Below, in pieces: positions 17,049 to 25,505 of a stretch of 36,365 nucleotides of DNA. The DNA comes from an uncultured Clostridia bacterium (lineage in GTDB: Bacteria > Aerophobota > Aerophobia > Aerophobales > B3-G15). Position 1 is the stretch's first letter. Each line of letters begins with the position of its first letter. The position numbers were made by a program, and so were the translations under genes. The notes below the pieces were generated by a model, which was not told where the DNA came from, made no database searches, and was given only the letters and a program-made list of their open reading frames with translations. Location: contig CAYZYX010000017.1 of NCBI GenBank assembly GCA_964482715.1, positions 1 through 36,365 on the forward strand, given 5' to 3'.

Positions 17049-17885
17049 ATGGGCAAGTGGTTTCAAAGAAGAAGTGAGTATGTGGTGATAATACTTTTCT
17101 TTGCAATAGGATTTTTACTTTTGATTTTCCTCAGTCCTATGCTCTGGATGTTTTTGACTTCTTTTAAAGATAGAGGCGAATTCTTCACCTATCCACCAGT
17201 TTTTATTCCAAAAAGCCCGGATTTTTCTGCTTTTTTTCATGGCTTAGAACTGGGAGGAGCAAAAGGAATCATGGATACTCTCATAATTGCCGGGTCCTGC
17301 ACACTGATATCGTTAGGAGTTGGAGCACTTGCTGCTTATAGTTTAGCCCGGTTTAGAATTGGAGGTAAGAATTTAGCTTTCTGGATTTTATCCATCAGAA
17401 TGCTCCCTCCTATTGCTATTGTTTTACCATTGTTCATCCTTTATCAATCTCTGAGGTGGCTGGACACTTATCAGTCCCTTATCATTACTCACACAGTAAT
17501 GAATATTCCCTTTGCAGTGTGGATACTTAAAGGTTTTTTTGAAGAACTTCCTTCTGATCTTGAAGACTCCGCTCTTGTAGATGGATGTAATCGCTTTCAA
17601 GCTTTCTCCAGAATAGCACTTCCTCTGGTTGCACCAGGACTGGTAGCCACCGCTCTTTTTTGCTTTATCTTTTCCTGGAACGAGTTCTTATTTGCTCTTA
17701 TCCTCACTCGTTCGCATGTGAGACCCCTGACGGTTGTCATAACCAGTCTGATTGGCGGACATGAAATCCTCTGGGCAGAAATTTCGGCTGTTGGAACAAT
17801 GGCAAGTATCCCTGTGATTGTCCTGGCAATATTCCTGCAGCGTTACCTTGTAAGAGGCCTCACCCTGGGTGCAGTCAAAGGATAA
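17049..17885 (+). CDS. Carbohydrate ABC permease (MalG-like)
   Basis: AAYSLAR, EDSALVDGC, FSWNEFL, RGLTLGAVKG. Confidence 0.94.
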   Translation: MGKWFQRRSEYVVIILFFAIGFLLLIFLSPMLWMFLTSFKDRGEFFTYPPVFIPKSPDFSAFFHGLELGGAKGIMDTLIIAGSCTLISLGVGALAAYSLARFRIGGKNLAFWILSIRMLPPIAIVLPLFILYQSLRWLDTYQSLIITHTVMNIPFAVWILKGFFEELPSDLEDSALVDGCNRFQAFSRIALPLVAPGLVATALFCFIFSWNEFLFALILTRSHVRPLTVVITSLIGGHEILWAEISAVGTMASIPVIVLAIFLQRYLVRGLTLGAVKG

Positions 17886-17930
17886 ATCGCAGGATTGTGG
17901 AAAAGGGAGAAAATCGCATAAGTAGAAGAT

Positions 17931-19022
17931 TTAATATTTAGAGAAATAACCGTCACGTCCTATTAACCTCCTGGAGGGTATAAAAATTTCTCTTTTTCCG
18001 TCTTTTTTTGTGTAACCTATGCGGTGTATCTTCATGTTGTGTTTTTTTATTATTTTGTAAATAGCATCAAGTTCTTGTTCGGGAACCACCAGACAAAAAC
18101 CCACCCCCATATTAAATACACGGAACATCTCTTCATCAGGAACCTCGCCCATTCTTTGAATAAGGGAAAATATGGGTTGAGGCTCAGGGAGGTTATCCAA
18201 AACATAACTTACCGGAGCATTCACCCGGTTAAGATTAAAAAAACCACCGCCGGTTATATGAATCAGAGCTTTTAGATTTATCTTGCTTTTTATCATTTCA
18301 ATTACAGGAGAAACATAAATCAGGGTTGGTTCAAGCAGTTCTTCCCCTAAGGTCCTCCCCAGTTCAGGGATATAACTATCAACATCGAGTTTAGATTTTT
18401 CCAGAAGGACCTTTCGAACAAGAGTAAATCCATTACTGTGAATCCCGCTACTGGAAAATGCTAAAACCAATTCTCTGTCCTGGATATTCTGACCTGTAAT
18501 TATTTTGTTAAGATCAACCAGTCCTATTGCTGTTCCCACAAAATCAAACTGGCAACCTTTTCGATACCCTTTAATCATCTCTTTTAATTGAGCCAATTCT
18601 CCACCACAGATACTGATCTTTGCTAATTTCGCTCCTTCATAAAGTCCTCTTCCAATCTCTTCAAGAAGTCCGGGGTCAGGAACGTCAACTGCTATATAAT
18701 CTACCATGGAAATGGGTTCTGCTCCAACGCATAAAATATCATTTACATTCATGGCAACACAATCTATACCCACCGTGTCATATTTTCCCATAAGCTGAGC
18801 AACTAAAACTTTTGTCCCCACACCATCTGTAGAGATGGCAATACCTCTACCTGCAGCTATGTCAAGGACGTTGGCAAAATATCCCTCCTTAAGTTTTACC
18901 GAACCTTCTTTCTTTCTGAATTGAAATGTCTTTTCTATCCATTTTAAAAGACCTGAGAGAGCAATTTTCTCTTTATCGTTATCCACTCCTGCCTTCTTGT
19001 AAGTCATCTGCCTGTATTGCAT
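17931..19022 (-). CDS. purM: Phosphoribosylformylglycinamidine cyclo-ligase
   Basis: TYKKAGVD, TDGVGTK, DCVAMNVND, SSGIHSNG, HITGGG, FNMGVG. Confidence 0.96.
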   Translation of the reverse strand: MQYRQMTYKKAGVDNDKEKIALSGLLKWIEKTFQFRKKEGSVKLKEGYFANVLDIAAGRGIAISTDGVGTKVLVAQLMGKYDTVGIDCVAMNVNDILCVGAEPISMVDYIAVDVPDPGLLEEIGRGLYEGAKLAKISICGGELAQLKEMIKGYRKGCQFDFVGTAIGLVDLNKIITGQNIQDRELVLAFSSSGIHSNGFTLVRKVLLEKSKLDVDSYIPELGRTLGEELLEPTLIYVSPVIEMIKSKINLKALIHITGGGFFNLNRVNAPVSYVLDNLPEPQPIFSLIQRMGEVPDEEMFRVFNMGVGFCLVVPEQELDAIYKIIKKHNMKIHRIGYTKKDGKREIFIPSRRLIGRDGYFSKY

Positions 19023-19028
19023 TTTTCT

Positions 19029-20183
19029 CTAACCTTTAGTGGCAAAATCTGAGCTTTTTAAAACTTCTTGATATAGTTCTATATGCATACCAGCTACTTT
19101 TTCCCAGTTTATTTCTTGATCCACATATCTTTTTCCATTCTCCGAGAGCTGGTGTCTTAAATACTCATCTTTCATCAACCTAACAATTGCTCTTTTTAAA
19201 TCTTCATCATCTTGTGGTGAAACTGCAATACCTGCTCTACTTTTATCTATTTCCTCCTTCAAGCCCTCTATAGCGGAAGCCACCACTGGAACACCAAGAG
19301 AAAAGGCGTGAGCTAAATTTCCACTCTGAGAGATAAAAGTATAGGGTAGTACAAGAATATCGAAAGCTGAAAGAGTTAATTCGTATTCCTCCGGTGCCAA
19401 CACTTTTAATATTATTTTTATCCTGTCTCGGGAATTGCTTTTTGAGGCAAGCTGGATCACTTCATGTTTGTACCACTCATTTTCAGGCTTACGAATTTCC
19501 CCCACAAGAACCAAAAAAGTATCAGGAAGGAGCTTACTTATCTCGGTCCACAATTTTATTACTCGATGATAACCCTTGTTAGGAACAAACCACCCAATCA
19601 TTCCCACAATTTTTTTCCCTTCCAATCCCAGACTTTTCTTGGCTTCCTCTTTAGAATATGTACACCTTTTCTTTTTTGCACCATGAGGGATAACCCATAC
19701 ATTTTCAGGAATCCAATCCAGATTATGGGGAAGATTTTCCTTCTGGTACTCTTCATGGACAATACCAGCATGGATGATGCGCAATGTGACATCCATGAAA
19801 AGGACTCTATTTCTATCCATTTTTGTATATACAGAATGGTAGGTCATAACCAACGGAAATCTTTCCTCTATTCTCCAGCGAAAAAGGGGAGAAATTAATC
19901 CAGAACTATAATCATTGTTTTTTGAATATAGTCCGTATTCATGTTGAATATGAACAACATCCGGATTAATATCAACAACTTGCTGATATAATTTTTCTTC
20001 CCATCCTGAGGTATCCAGATTAATTACAGGATAAACACCTCTCTCTCCTTTCTTGCCTCCTCCCGGATGACAGACTATTAAAACCTGGTGTCCCTTTTTT
20101 CTGATTTCTTCTACTAATTCCTGGGAGTAAGAAGCAATGCCACAGAGTTGTGGTGGCCAGCTGGAAATCCAGGCTATTCTCAT
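19029..20183 (-). CDS. Glycosyltransferase family 4
   Basis: WPPQLCGIASY, VHIQHEYG, IPHG, LPY...SQSG, GVPVVAS. Confidence 0.92.
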   Translation of the reverse strand: MRIAWISSWPPQLCGIASYSQELVEEIRKKGHQVLIVCHPGGGKKGERGVYPVINLDTSGWEEKLYQQVVDINPDVVHIQHEYGLYSKNNDYSSGLISPLFRWRIEERFPLVMTYHSVYTKMDRNRVLFMDVTLRIIHAGIVHEEYQKENLPHNLDWIPENVWVIPHGAKKKRCTYSKEEAKKSLGLEGKKIVGMIGWFVPNKGYHRVIKLWTEISKLLPDTFLVLVGEIRKPENEWYKHEVIQLASKSNSRDRIKIILKVLAPEEYELTLSAFDILVLPYTFISQSGNLAHAFSLGVPVVASAIEGLKEEIDKSRAGIAVSPQDDEDLKRAIVRLMKDEYLRHQLSENGKRYVDQEINWEKVAGMHIELYQEVLKSSDFATKG

Positions 20184-20194
20184 CTTACGCTTCC

Positions 20195-20470
20195 TTATTC
20201 TGGTGTTTCAGTGGTTAATCGACCATCAATATAAATCGGGATACCTTTTTCTGCACGTTCTCCCTCCCACCATCGCAAAATTTTTTCTCCACCTACTTTG
20301 TCAATATTGAGGTTCACATCTATTACCCTGATACCATCTTTATCCGCATAGGCAGTTGTCATTGCTGGGGAGAAAAAAAGAGGCTTAAAGACCATCCAGA
20401 GAAGACTCAGAGCAATAATTGTAAGAATCACTCTTGTATACCAGTCCAATTTATGCACCATGACTTGCAT
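20195..20470 (-). CDS. Small hypothetical membrane-anchored protein
   Basis: AGGAGG RBS; one TM helix (YTRVILTIIALSLLWMVF). Confidence 0.7.
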   Translation of the reverse strand: MQVMVHKLDWYTRVILTIIALSLLWMVFKPLFFSPAMTTAYADKDGIRVIDVNLNIDKVGGEKILRWWEGERAEKGIPIYIDGRLTTETPE

Positions 20471-20522
20471 TTTTTCCTCCTGAATATATTTTGTCCTTTT
20501 GCCAAAATCTCTTCTTTCTTAA

Positions 20523-20785
20523 TTAAATTTTTCTTTTTACTGTCATTGCCCTTACTTTATCCGATGCATTCTCAAAAGAATCAGAGACGGAACCTCCGCT
20601 TTTTTCTTAATTTCATCGGCCTCTGTTTCTTTCTTATGAATAGCCTTTAATTCTCTTTCGCAGGTAGCTATATCATTACTAAGATAAGAATAAATGGCTA
20701 ATTTAAAATGGCTTACAGCTTCACTGACTTTCTCCAGATGCTCCTGCATCAAGTTTTCCACCTTTCCCCTGGATTTAAGTAACAT
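20523..20785 (-). pseudogene. DUF47/PhoU-like phosphate transport regulator with a large internal deletion and frameshift
   Basis: N-terminal part ends IHKKETEADEIKKKAE. A shifted frame then reads GSVSDSFENASDKVRAMTVKRKI*, resembling the family C-terminus. About 87 codons in total versus roughly 200+ aa expected. Confidence 0.75.
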
Positions 20786-20814
20786 GTTTCCCCTTCTATT
20801 TAGGTTCTTATCTA

Positions 20815-20842
20815 ATCTTAGAAAACTACCGGCTTATGTCAA
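20815..20842 (-). promoter_or_regulatory. Promoter for the DUF47 pseudogene-hypothetical-GT4-purM unit
   Basis: TTGACA-N16-TAAGAT on the minus strand. Confidence 0.65.
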
Positions 20843-20852
20843 ATTCAATATT

Positions 20853-20945
20853 CTGGAATTAGGGCAGATTCTGACATTGGGACAGTTTTTCTCATGAAGA
20901 TAAAGGCTCCCGGAGATACCTTGCAAGCAAGCTTTTTTTGGCGAG
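20853..20945 (+). repeat. MITE-like repeat copy: one arm preceded by an extra degenerate terminal motif
   Basis: 20871-20945 matches 36192-36265 with 3 substitutions and a 1-nt T-run indel. CTGGAATTAGGGCAG at 20853 resembles the terminal motif. Confidence 0.85.
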
Positions 20946-20983
20946 CAACCGGCCTTTACATGGTAGCCAATCGAAAAATATAT

Positions 20984-21011
20984 TTGACGTGTATCAATCC
21001 ATAGATAAAAT
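20984..21011 (+). promoter_or_regulatory. Promoter of the NagB-like gene
   Basis: TTGACG-N16-TAAAAT. Confidence 0.6.
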
Positions 21012-21040
21012 ATTAAAAAATAGATTCCAAGGAGGTAAAG

Positions 21041-21961
21041 ATGAGTCAGTTCAAATACGACCTCGCCAAATTTATACCCTTCCGGGACAGACAGGTGTGT
21101 GAGAGAGTAAGAGCCATAAAAAAAGAGGATATCTGTAAGCACCCTAATCCTGAGTTTAAAATTAGAATTATTGAAAATCCTGATGATTTTTATTTTCAGT
21201 TTGCTCTGGATATAGTAAACAGAATAAAAAATGCTCTGGAGGAAAACAGGAAGCTGGTTATGATAATTCCGGTTGGTCCAACTCCTCAGTATAAAATTGC
21301 TGCCCAGATGATTAATAACTTAAGAATACCCTGTAAGCACGTGTGCACCTTTAATATGGATGAGTATGCTGACCAGGATGGTAATACAGCTCCTCTTGAG
21401 TGGGAAGGTTCTTTCCAGCGTGCTATGTGGGAAAATTTTTTCAATCTAATAGATAAAGACCTCAGACCACCAAAAAACCAGATTCATTTTCCAACTTCCA
21501 AGAATATTTCTGATTATGGAAAAATGATTGAGGATGCAGGTGGAGCGGATATCTGCTATGGGGGAGTTGGTTGGGCAGGTCACATAGCTTTCTGGGAACC
21601 TCACCTGGGCTATGAATTTGGAGATGACCTTGATGCCTATATGAAGGCAGGTCCAAGAATTGTGGAACTTCACCCTATGACCATAATGCAAAATGCCCTT
21701 CATTCATTTAGTGGAGATTGGTCCTGGGTTCCTCCAAAAGCAGCAACTATTGGTCCAGCACAGATAACAGATGCAAAGGAGAGAAGTTTCTGGCTGGATG
21801 GGTACCTTGGAGGTGGAATATCCTGGCAGAGATTTATTGCCAGATTGGCAGCGCATGGACCGGTAAATACTCTTGTCCCTGCCTCTATTCTGCAGAAAGT
21901 TCCCACCACCTATACGCTTCTGGGGGGAGTTGCGGATAACTGTGAGATAAATATGAGATAG
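21041..21961 (+). CDS. Divergent glucosamine-6-phosphate deaminase/6-phosphogluconolactonase (NagB-fold) protein
   Basis: IPVGPTPQY, FNMDEY, GGADICYGGVGWAGHIAFWEP, VPASILQ. Confidence 0.8.
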   Translation: MSQFKYDLAKFIPFRDRQVCERVRAIKKEDICKHPNPEFKIRIIENPDDFYFQFALDIVNRIKNALEENRKLVMIIPVGPTPQYKIAAQMINNLRIPCKHVCTFNMDEYADQDGNTAPLEWEGSFQRAMWENFFNLIDKDLRPPKNQIHFPTSKNISDYGKMIEDAGGADICYGGVGWAGHIAFWEPHLGYEFGDDLDAYMKAGPRIVELHPMTIMQNALHSFSGDWSWVPPKAATIGPAQITDAKERSFWLDGYLGGGISWQRFIARLAAHGPVNTLVPASILQKVPTTYTLLGGVADNCEINMR

Positions 21962-21976
21962 ACAGAGGGAAACAAC

Positions 21977-22507
21977 ATGAAGAATAAAATAAAAATAGAA
22001 AACAGGAAAGAATTAATAGAAAAAGCCTATAAATTGGGATTTGAATATGAAAAATCAAGCCACTACTGTGCTCAATGTGTGGTAGCGACACTTCAGAATA
22101 TTCTGCAGATTAAAGATGAGTCTCTCTTTCGGGCATCTTACCCCCTCTCAGGAGGGCTGGGAAGTACTACTCAAGGAACCTGCGGTGCTCTTTCGGGGGG
22201 AGCCATGGTGCTGGGTTATCTTTACGGACGAGAGAGACACGAGTTTGAGAGAGGTATTTCCAATAAAAAAGCGGCTCTTCTTTCAAAAAGACTTTACGAA
22301 AGATTTGTTCAGGAATATGGAAGTTGTATCTGTAGGGATATTCAAACAAGGCTCTTCGGACGCAGTTTTGATTTTTGGAATGAAGACGATAAGAAACTCT
22401 TTGAAGAAGCGGGAGGTCACAAAGATAAATGTCCAGCCGTTGTTGGTAAAGCTTGTGTCTGGACCCTTGAAATTATCTTAAGTGAAGAAGGAGATGATTC
22501 CGTGTAA
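21977..22507 (+). CDS. C_GCAxxG_C_C family putative redox protein
   Basis: YCAQCV, TCGALSGG, GSCICRDI, DKCPAVV. Confidence 0.9.
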   Translation: MKNKIKIENRKELIEKAYKLGFEYEKSSHYCAQCVVATLQNILQIKDESLFRASYPLSGGLGSTTQGTCGALSGGAMVLGYLYGRERHEFERGISNKKAALLSKRLYERFVQEYGSCICRDIQTRLFGRSFDFWNEDDKKLFEEAGGHKDKCPAVVGKACVWTLEIILSEEGDDSV

Positions 22508-22545
22508 TTTTCAATTTAAGTCATCCACCTTCAGGTCCTTTAAAA

Positions 22546-22576
22546 TTGACTTAAGGGGGAATATCTGATATAAATT
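22546..22576 (+). promoter_or_regulatory. Candidate promoter directly before larB
   Basis: TTGACT-N17-TATAAA(TT) with TG extension; ATG follows within about 7 nt. Confidence 0.45.
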
Positions 22577-22581
22577 TATCA

Positions 22582-23346
22582 ATGAGAAAGGATTTTATCA
22601 GAGAGATTCTTGAAGAAGTCAAACAAAACAAGTTGTCTGTTGATGAAGCTCTGGAAAAATTAAAAACTCTTCCTTTTGAAGATTTGAAATTCGCCAAAAT
22701 TGACCACCACCGTTATCTGAGAAGAGGATTTCCAGAAGTTATTTTTTGTAGTGGAAAAACGATCTCCCAGATAACAGATATAGCAAAAAGCCTCTGGGAA
22801 AAAAGCAACTTTTTAATTGCCACCCGAGCATCCCACGAAATTTATGAGGCTATCAAGAAAGTTACTCCAGAAGCTGTATATTATCCAGAGGCCAGAATAG
22901 TTGTGGCTGGAAAATGTAAGAAGATAAATCATCCGGAAAAAATAATTCTGGTAGTAACAGCGGGAACAGGTGATATTCCCGTTGCTGAAGAAGCCAAAGT
23001 TACTGCTCAGATGATGGGAAACAGAGTTGAGACACTTTATGATGTTGGGATTGCTGGTATTCATCGTTTATTCCAAAACCTGGGACTTGTGAGAAGTGCA
23101 AATGTTTTAATTGTAGTTGCAGGAATGGAAGGAGCACTTCCTGGAATGGTAGCAGCTATGGTTGACAAACCGGTTATTGCCGTTCCTACCAGCATCGGGT
23201 ATGGAACAAACTTTGGTGGTCTGTCAGCCCTTTTAAGCATGTTAAACAGCTGCAGCCCGGGAATAGCAGTTGTAAATATAGATAATGGTTTTGGAGCAGG
23301 ATACCTGGCCTCTCTGATTAATCAGATGAATAGGGTGGAAAAATGA
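22582..23346 (+). CDS. larB: Nickel-pincer cofactor biosynthesis protein LarB
   Basis: AKIDHHRYLRRGFPEVIF, AGTGDIPVAEEA, DVGIAGIHRL, AGMEGALP, VPTSIGYG, VVNIDNGFGAG. Confidence 0.95.
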   Translation: MRKDFIREILEEVKQNKLSVDEALEKLKTLPFEDLKFAKIDHHRYLRRGFPEVIFCSGKTISQITDIAKSLWEKSNFLIATRASHEIYEAIKKVTPEAVYYPEARIVVAGKCKKINHPEKIILVVTAGTGDIPVAEEAKVTAQMMGNRVETLYDVGIAGIHRLFQNLGLVRSANVLIVVAGMEGALPGMVAAMVDKPVIAVPTSIGYGTNFGGLSALLSMLNSCSPGIAVVNIDNGFGAGYLASLINQMNRVEK

Positions 23347-24521
23347 AGATTGCCTATTTTGACTGTTTTTCTGGAATCAGTGGTGACATGATTCTGGGAG
23401 CTTTGATCGATGCTGGTCTTACTCCAGAAAATCTCACTCGAATAATCTCTGAGCTTAATTTAAGAGATTGCAGGATAGAGATTGAAAAAACGAAAAAAGG
23501 TTCCATAAGCGCCACCAGAGTAAATATTATTGTTCCACCAAAAGAAAGAAAATCACCTGCTACTTTCCTTAATCTCCTCGACAGTCTGGATTTACCTTTA
23601 CCACAAAAAGAAAAAAGTAAAAATATTTTTCTCTCTATAGCCAGAGCCGAAGCCCAGATTCATCGTGAGAATATTGAGGATCTTCACTTACATGAACTTG
23701 GTTCTCTGGATACTTTAATTGATATAGTTGGAGCAGTTATAGGTATACATCAAATGGGTATTAAAAAAATATATGCCTCGCCGGTAAACCTGGGCAGAGG
23801 TATAGTTGATACTGCCCATGGATTACTTCCCGTTCCCGCTCCAGCTACTCTTGAGATACTTAAAGGAGCCCCAGTTTACTCTGGCGAAGTAGAGGCTGAA
23901 TTGACCACTCCCACAGGTGCTGCTATCTTGATGGGGTTTTCTCCTGTATTTGGACCAATTCCCTGCATGAAAATTGAAAAAATAGGATACGGTGCGGGAC
24001 AAAAAGAGCTTCCCTTCCCCAATCTGCTTCGTATCATTATAGGAAAGGAAAAAAGTCAATTTAATGAGGACTGGGTTATTTTGCTGGAAACGAATATAGA
24101 CGATATGAATCCCGAATTTTATGAATATATAATAGATTCTCTTTTTAAATGTGGTGCTTTAGATGTTTTTTTAACACCGGTTCAAATGAAAAAAAATAGG
24201 CCCGGGATAATGCTTTCTGTTATTTGCCAGGAGGAAAAACAGGACAAGCTCCTTGAAACAATATTTAAGGAAACCACCACACTTGGGGTTAGAGTATCCC
24301 GAATAAAGCGTCGTGTAATAGAGCGAAAAATTCAGAAGTTTACCACCTCCCTGGGTGAAATTAAAGTAAAGGTCAGTATGTTAAATGATAAAATTGTTAA
24401 TCTCTCTCCCGAATACGAAGATTGCAAGCAAATTGCTCTGGAAAAGAAGTTACCATTAAAAGAAGTTTATGAAAGGATAAAAAAGGAGGTGAGCTCAAAG
24501 TTACACGAACCCTTTCAGTAG
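23343..24521 (+). CDS. larC: Nickel-pincer cofactor nickel insertase LarC
   Basis: YFDCFSGISGDM, HLHELGSLD, PVPAPAT, ELTTPTGAA, ETNIDD, MKKNRPG, ETTTLGVR, PEYEDC. Confidence 0.95.
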   Translation: MKIAYFDCFSGISGDMILGALIDAGLTPENLTRIISELNLRDCRIEIEKTKKGSISATRVNIIVPPKERKSPATFLNLLDSLDLPLPQKEKSKNIFLSIARAEAQIHRENIEDLHLHELGSLDTLIDIVGAVIGIHQMGIKKIYASPVNLGRGIVDTAHGLLPVPAPATLEILKGAPVYSGEVEAELTTPTGAAILMGFSPVFGPIPCMKIEKIGYGAGQKELPFPNLLRIIIGKEKSQFNEDWVILLETNIDDMNPEFYEYIIDSLFKCGALDVFLTPVQMKKNRPGIMLSVICQEEKQDKLLETIFKETTTLGVRVSRIKRRVIERKIQKFTTSLGEIKVKVSMLNDKIVNLSPEYEDCKQIALEKKLPLKEVYERIKKEVSSKLHEPFQ

Positions 24522-24563
24522 TGGGTCAGTATTTATTTAAAACTTATTGGGAGGAGTAAAATC

Positions 24564-25487
24564 ATGAAGCCAGAAAAACCTCCAAAGATCTCTATCGGAA
24601 GCTGGGCCTATGCTATTGGTCCCTACCAGGATAAGCCTGTTCCCCTTCCCGAAGTTGCTCAAAAATTGAAAGAGCTGGGGTTTAATGGACTTGAACTTGG
24701 AGGGTTTAAACCTCACGCTCACCCAGATCTTTATCCGGAAAAAAGGGATAGAGAAAAACTGGTGGAAATGTTAAAGGAAAACGGACTTGAGGTTCCAGCT
24801 TATGCTGCTGATCTCTGGTCATTTCCTTTTGCTGAAGGGGATCCTGAAGTGGTGAAAAAATACAGAGAAATGTTTAAAAAAAGTGTAGAATTTTGTGCTG
24901 ACTGTAACATTCCTGCTATTCGAGTTGACACAGTTACTCACACTCCCTTCCCTGAGCACCTTGATTATAAGACCACCTGGGAAAGGATAAGAGAAATGTT
25001 CAGCTGGTGCTCAGATGTTGCAGGCGAAAAGGATCTTCTTGTGGTCTGGGAATTTGAGCCAGGATTTATTATTAATAAGCCCCATGAAGTGAAGAAAATG
25101 GTCGAGGAGGTTAATCGTCCCAATTTTAAGATTCTCTTTGATACCTGCCATGCTCACATGTGTTCAGTACAGGCTGCCAAGCAAACTCCTCCTCTTGACA
25201 AACTAAAAGGTGGAGCAGTAGAATTTGCCAGACTACTTGAAGGCCAAATTGGACACGTCCACATAATCGATTCTGACAATACCCTCCATGACAATGATAC
25301 AAGTACTCATGCACCTCTTGGAACAGGTGTTCTGGACTTCAAAAATCTACTCCCTGCTATTCTCGAATCAGGGTACAAATCTGAATGGTGGTCCATTGAT
25401 CTTTGTTTCTGGCCTAATGCCTGGGAAGTAACGGAAGACTGCAAGAGATACCTTGATAGAATTTTTGAAGAGTTAGGCTGGAAATAA
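24564..25487 (+). CDS. TIM-barrel sugar (phosphate) isomerase/epimerase, AP-endonuclease-2 / ketose 3-epimerase-like
   Basis: GFNGLEL, WEFEPG, FDTCHAH, HVHIIDSD, HAPLGTGVLDF. Confidence 0.88.
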   Translation: MKPEKPPKISIGSWAYAIGPYQDKPVPLPEVAQKLKELGFNGLELGGFKPHAHPDLYPEKRDREKLVEMLKENGLEVPAYAADLWSFPFAEGDPEVVKKYREMFKKSVEFCADCNIPAIRVDTVTHTPFPEHLDYKTTWERIREMFSWCSDVAGEKDLLVVWEFEPGFIINKPHEVKKMVEEVNRPNFKILFDTCHAHMCSVQAAKQTPPLDKLKGGAVEFARLLEGQIGHVHIIDSDNTLHDNDTSTHAPLGTGVLDFKNLLPAILESGYKSEWWSIDLCFWPNAWEVTEDCKRYLDRIFEELGWK

Positions 25488-25505
25488 GTAAAGAAGGAGG
25501 CTTAA

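Noticed and set aside
14673-17885. CUT1 importer lacking an ATPase gene
   Set aside because: Common; such systems share a MsmX/MalK-type ATPase encoded elsewhere.
17931-20183. purM apparently co-transcribed with a GT4 glycosyltransferase
   Set aside because: No mechanistic link is evident; likely gene-order shuffling.
20871-20945. Repeat considered as a CRISPR repeat, tRNA or known riboswitch
   Set aside because: Copies are dispersed with no spacers, there is no cloverleaf, I recognise no riboswitch consensus, and they lie upstream of promoters rather than in transcribed leaders.
20834-21142. 102-aa minus-strand ORF and 67-aa plus-strand ORF (20694-20897) over the repeat
   Set aside because: They span promoter and repeat DNA, and no transposase motifs are visible.
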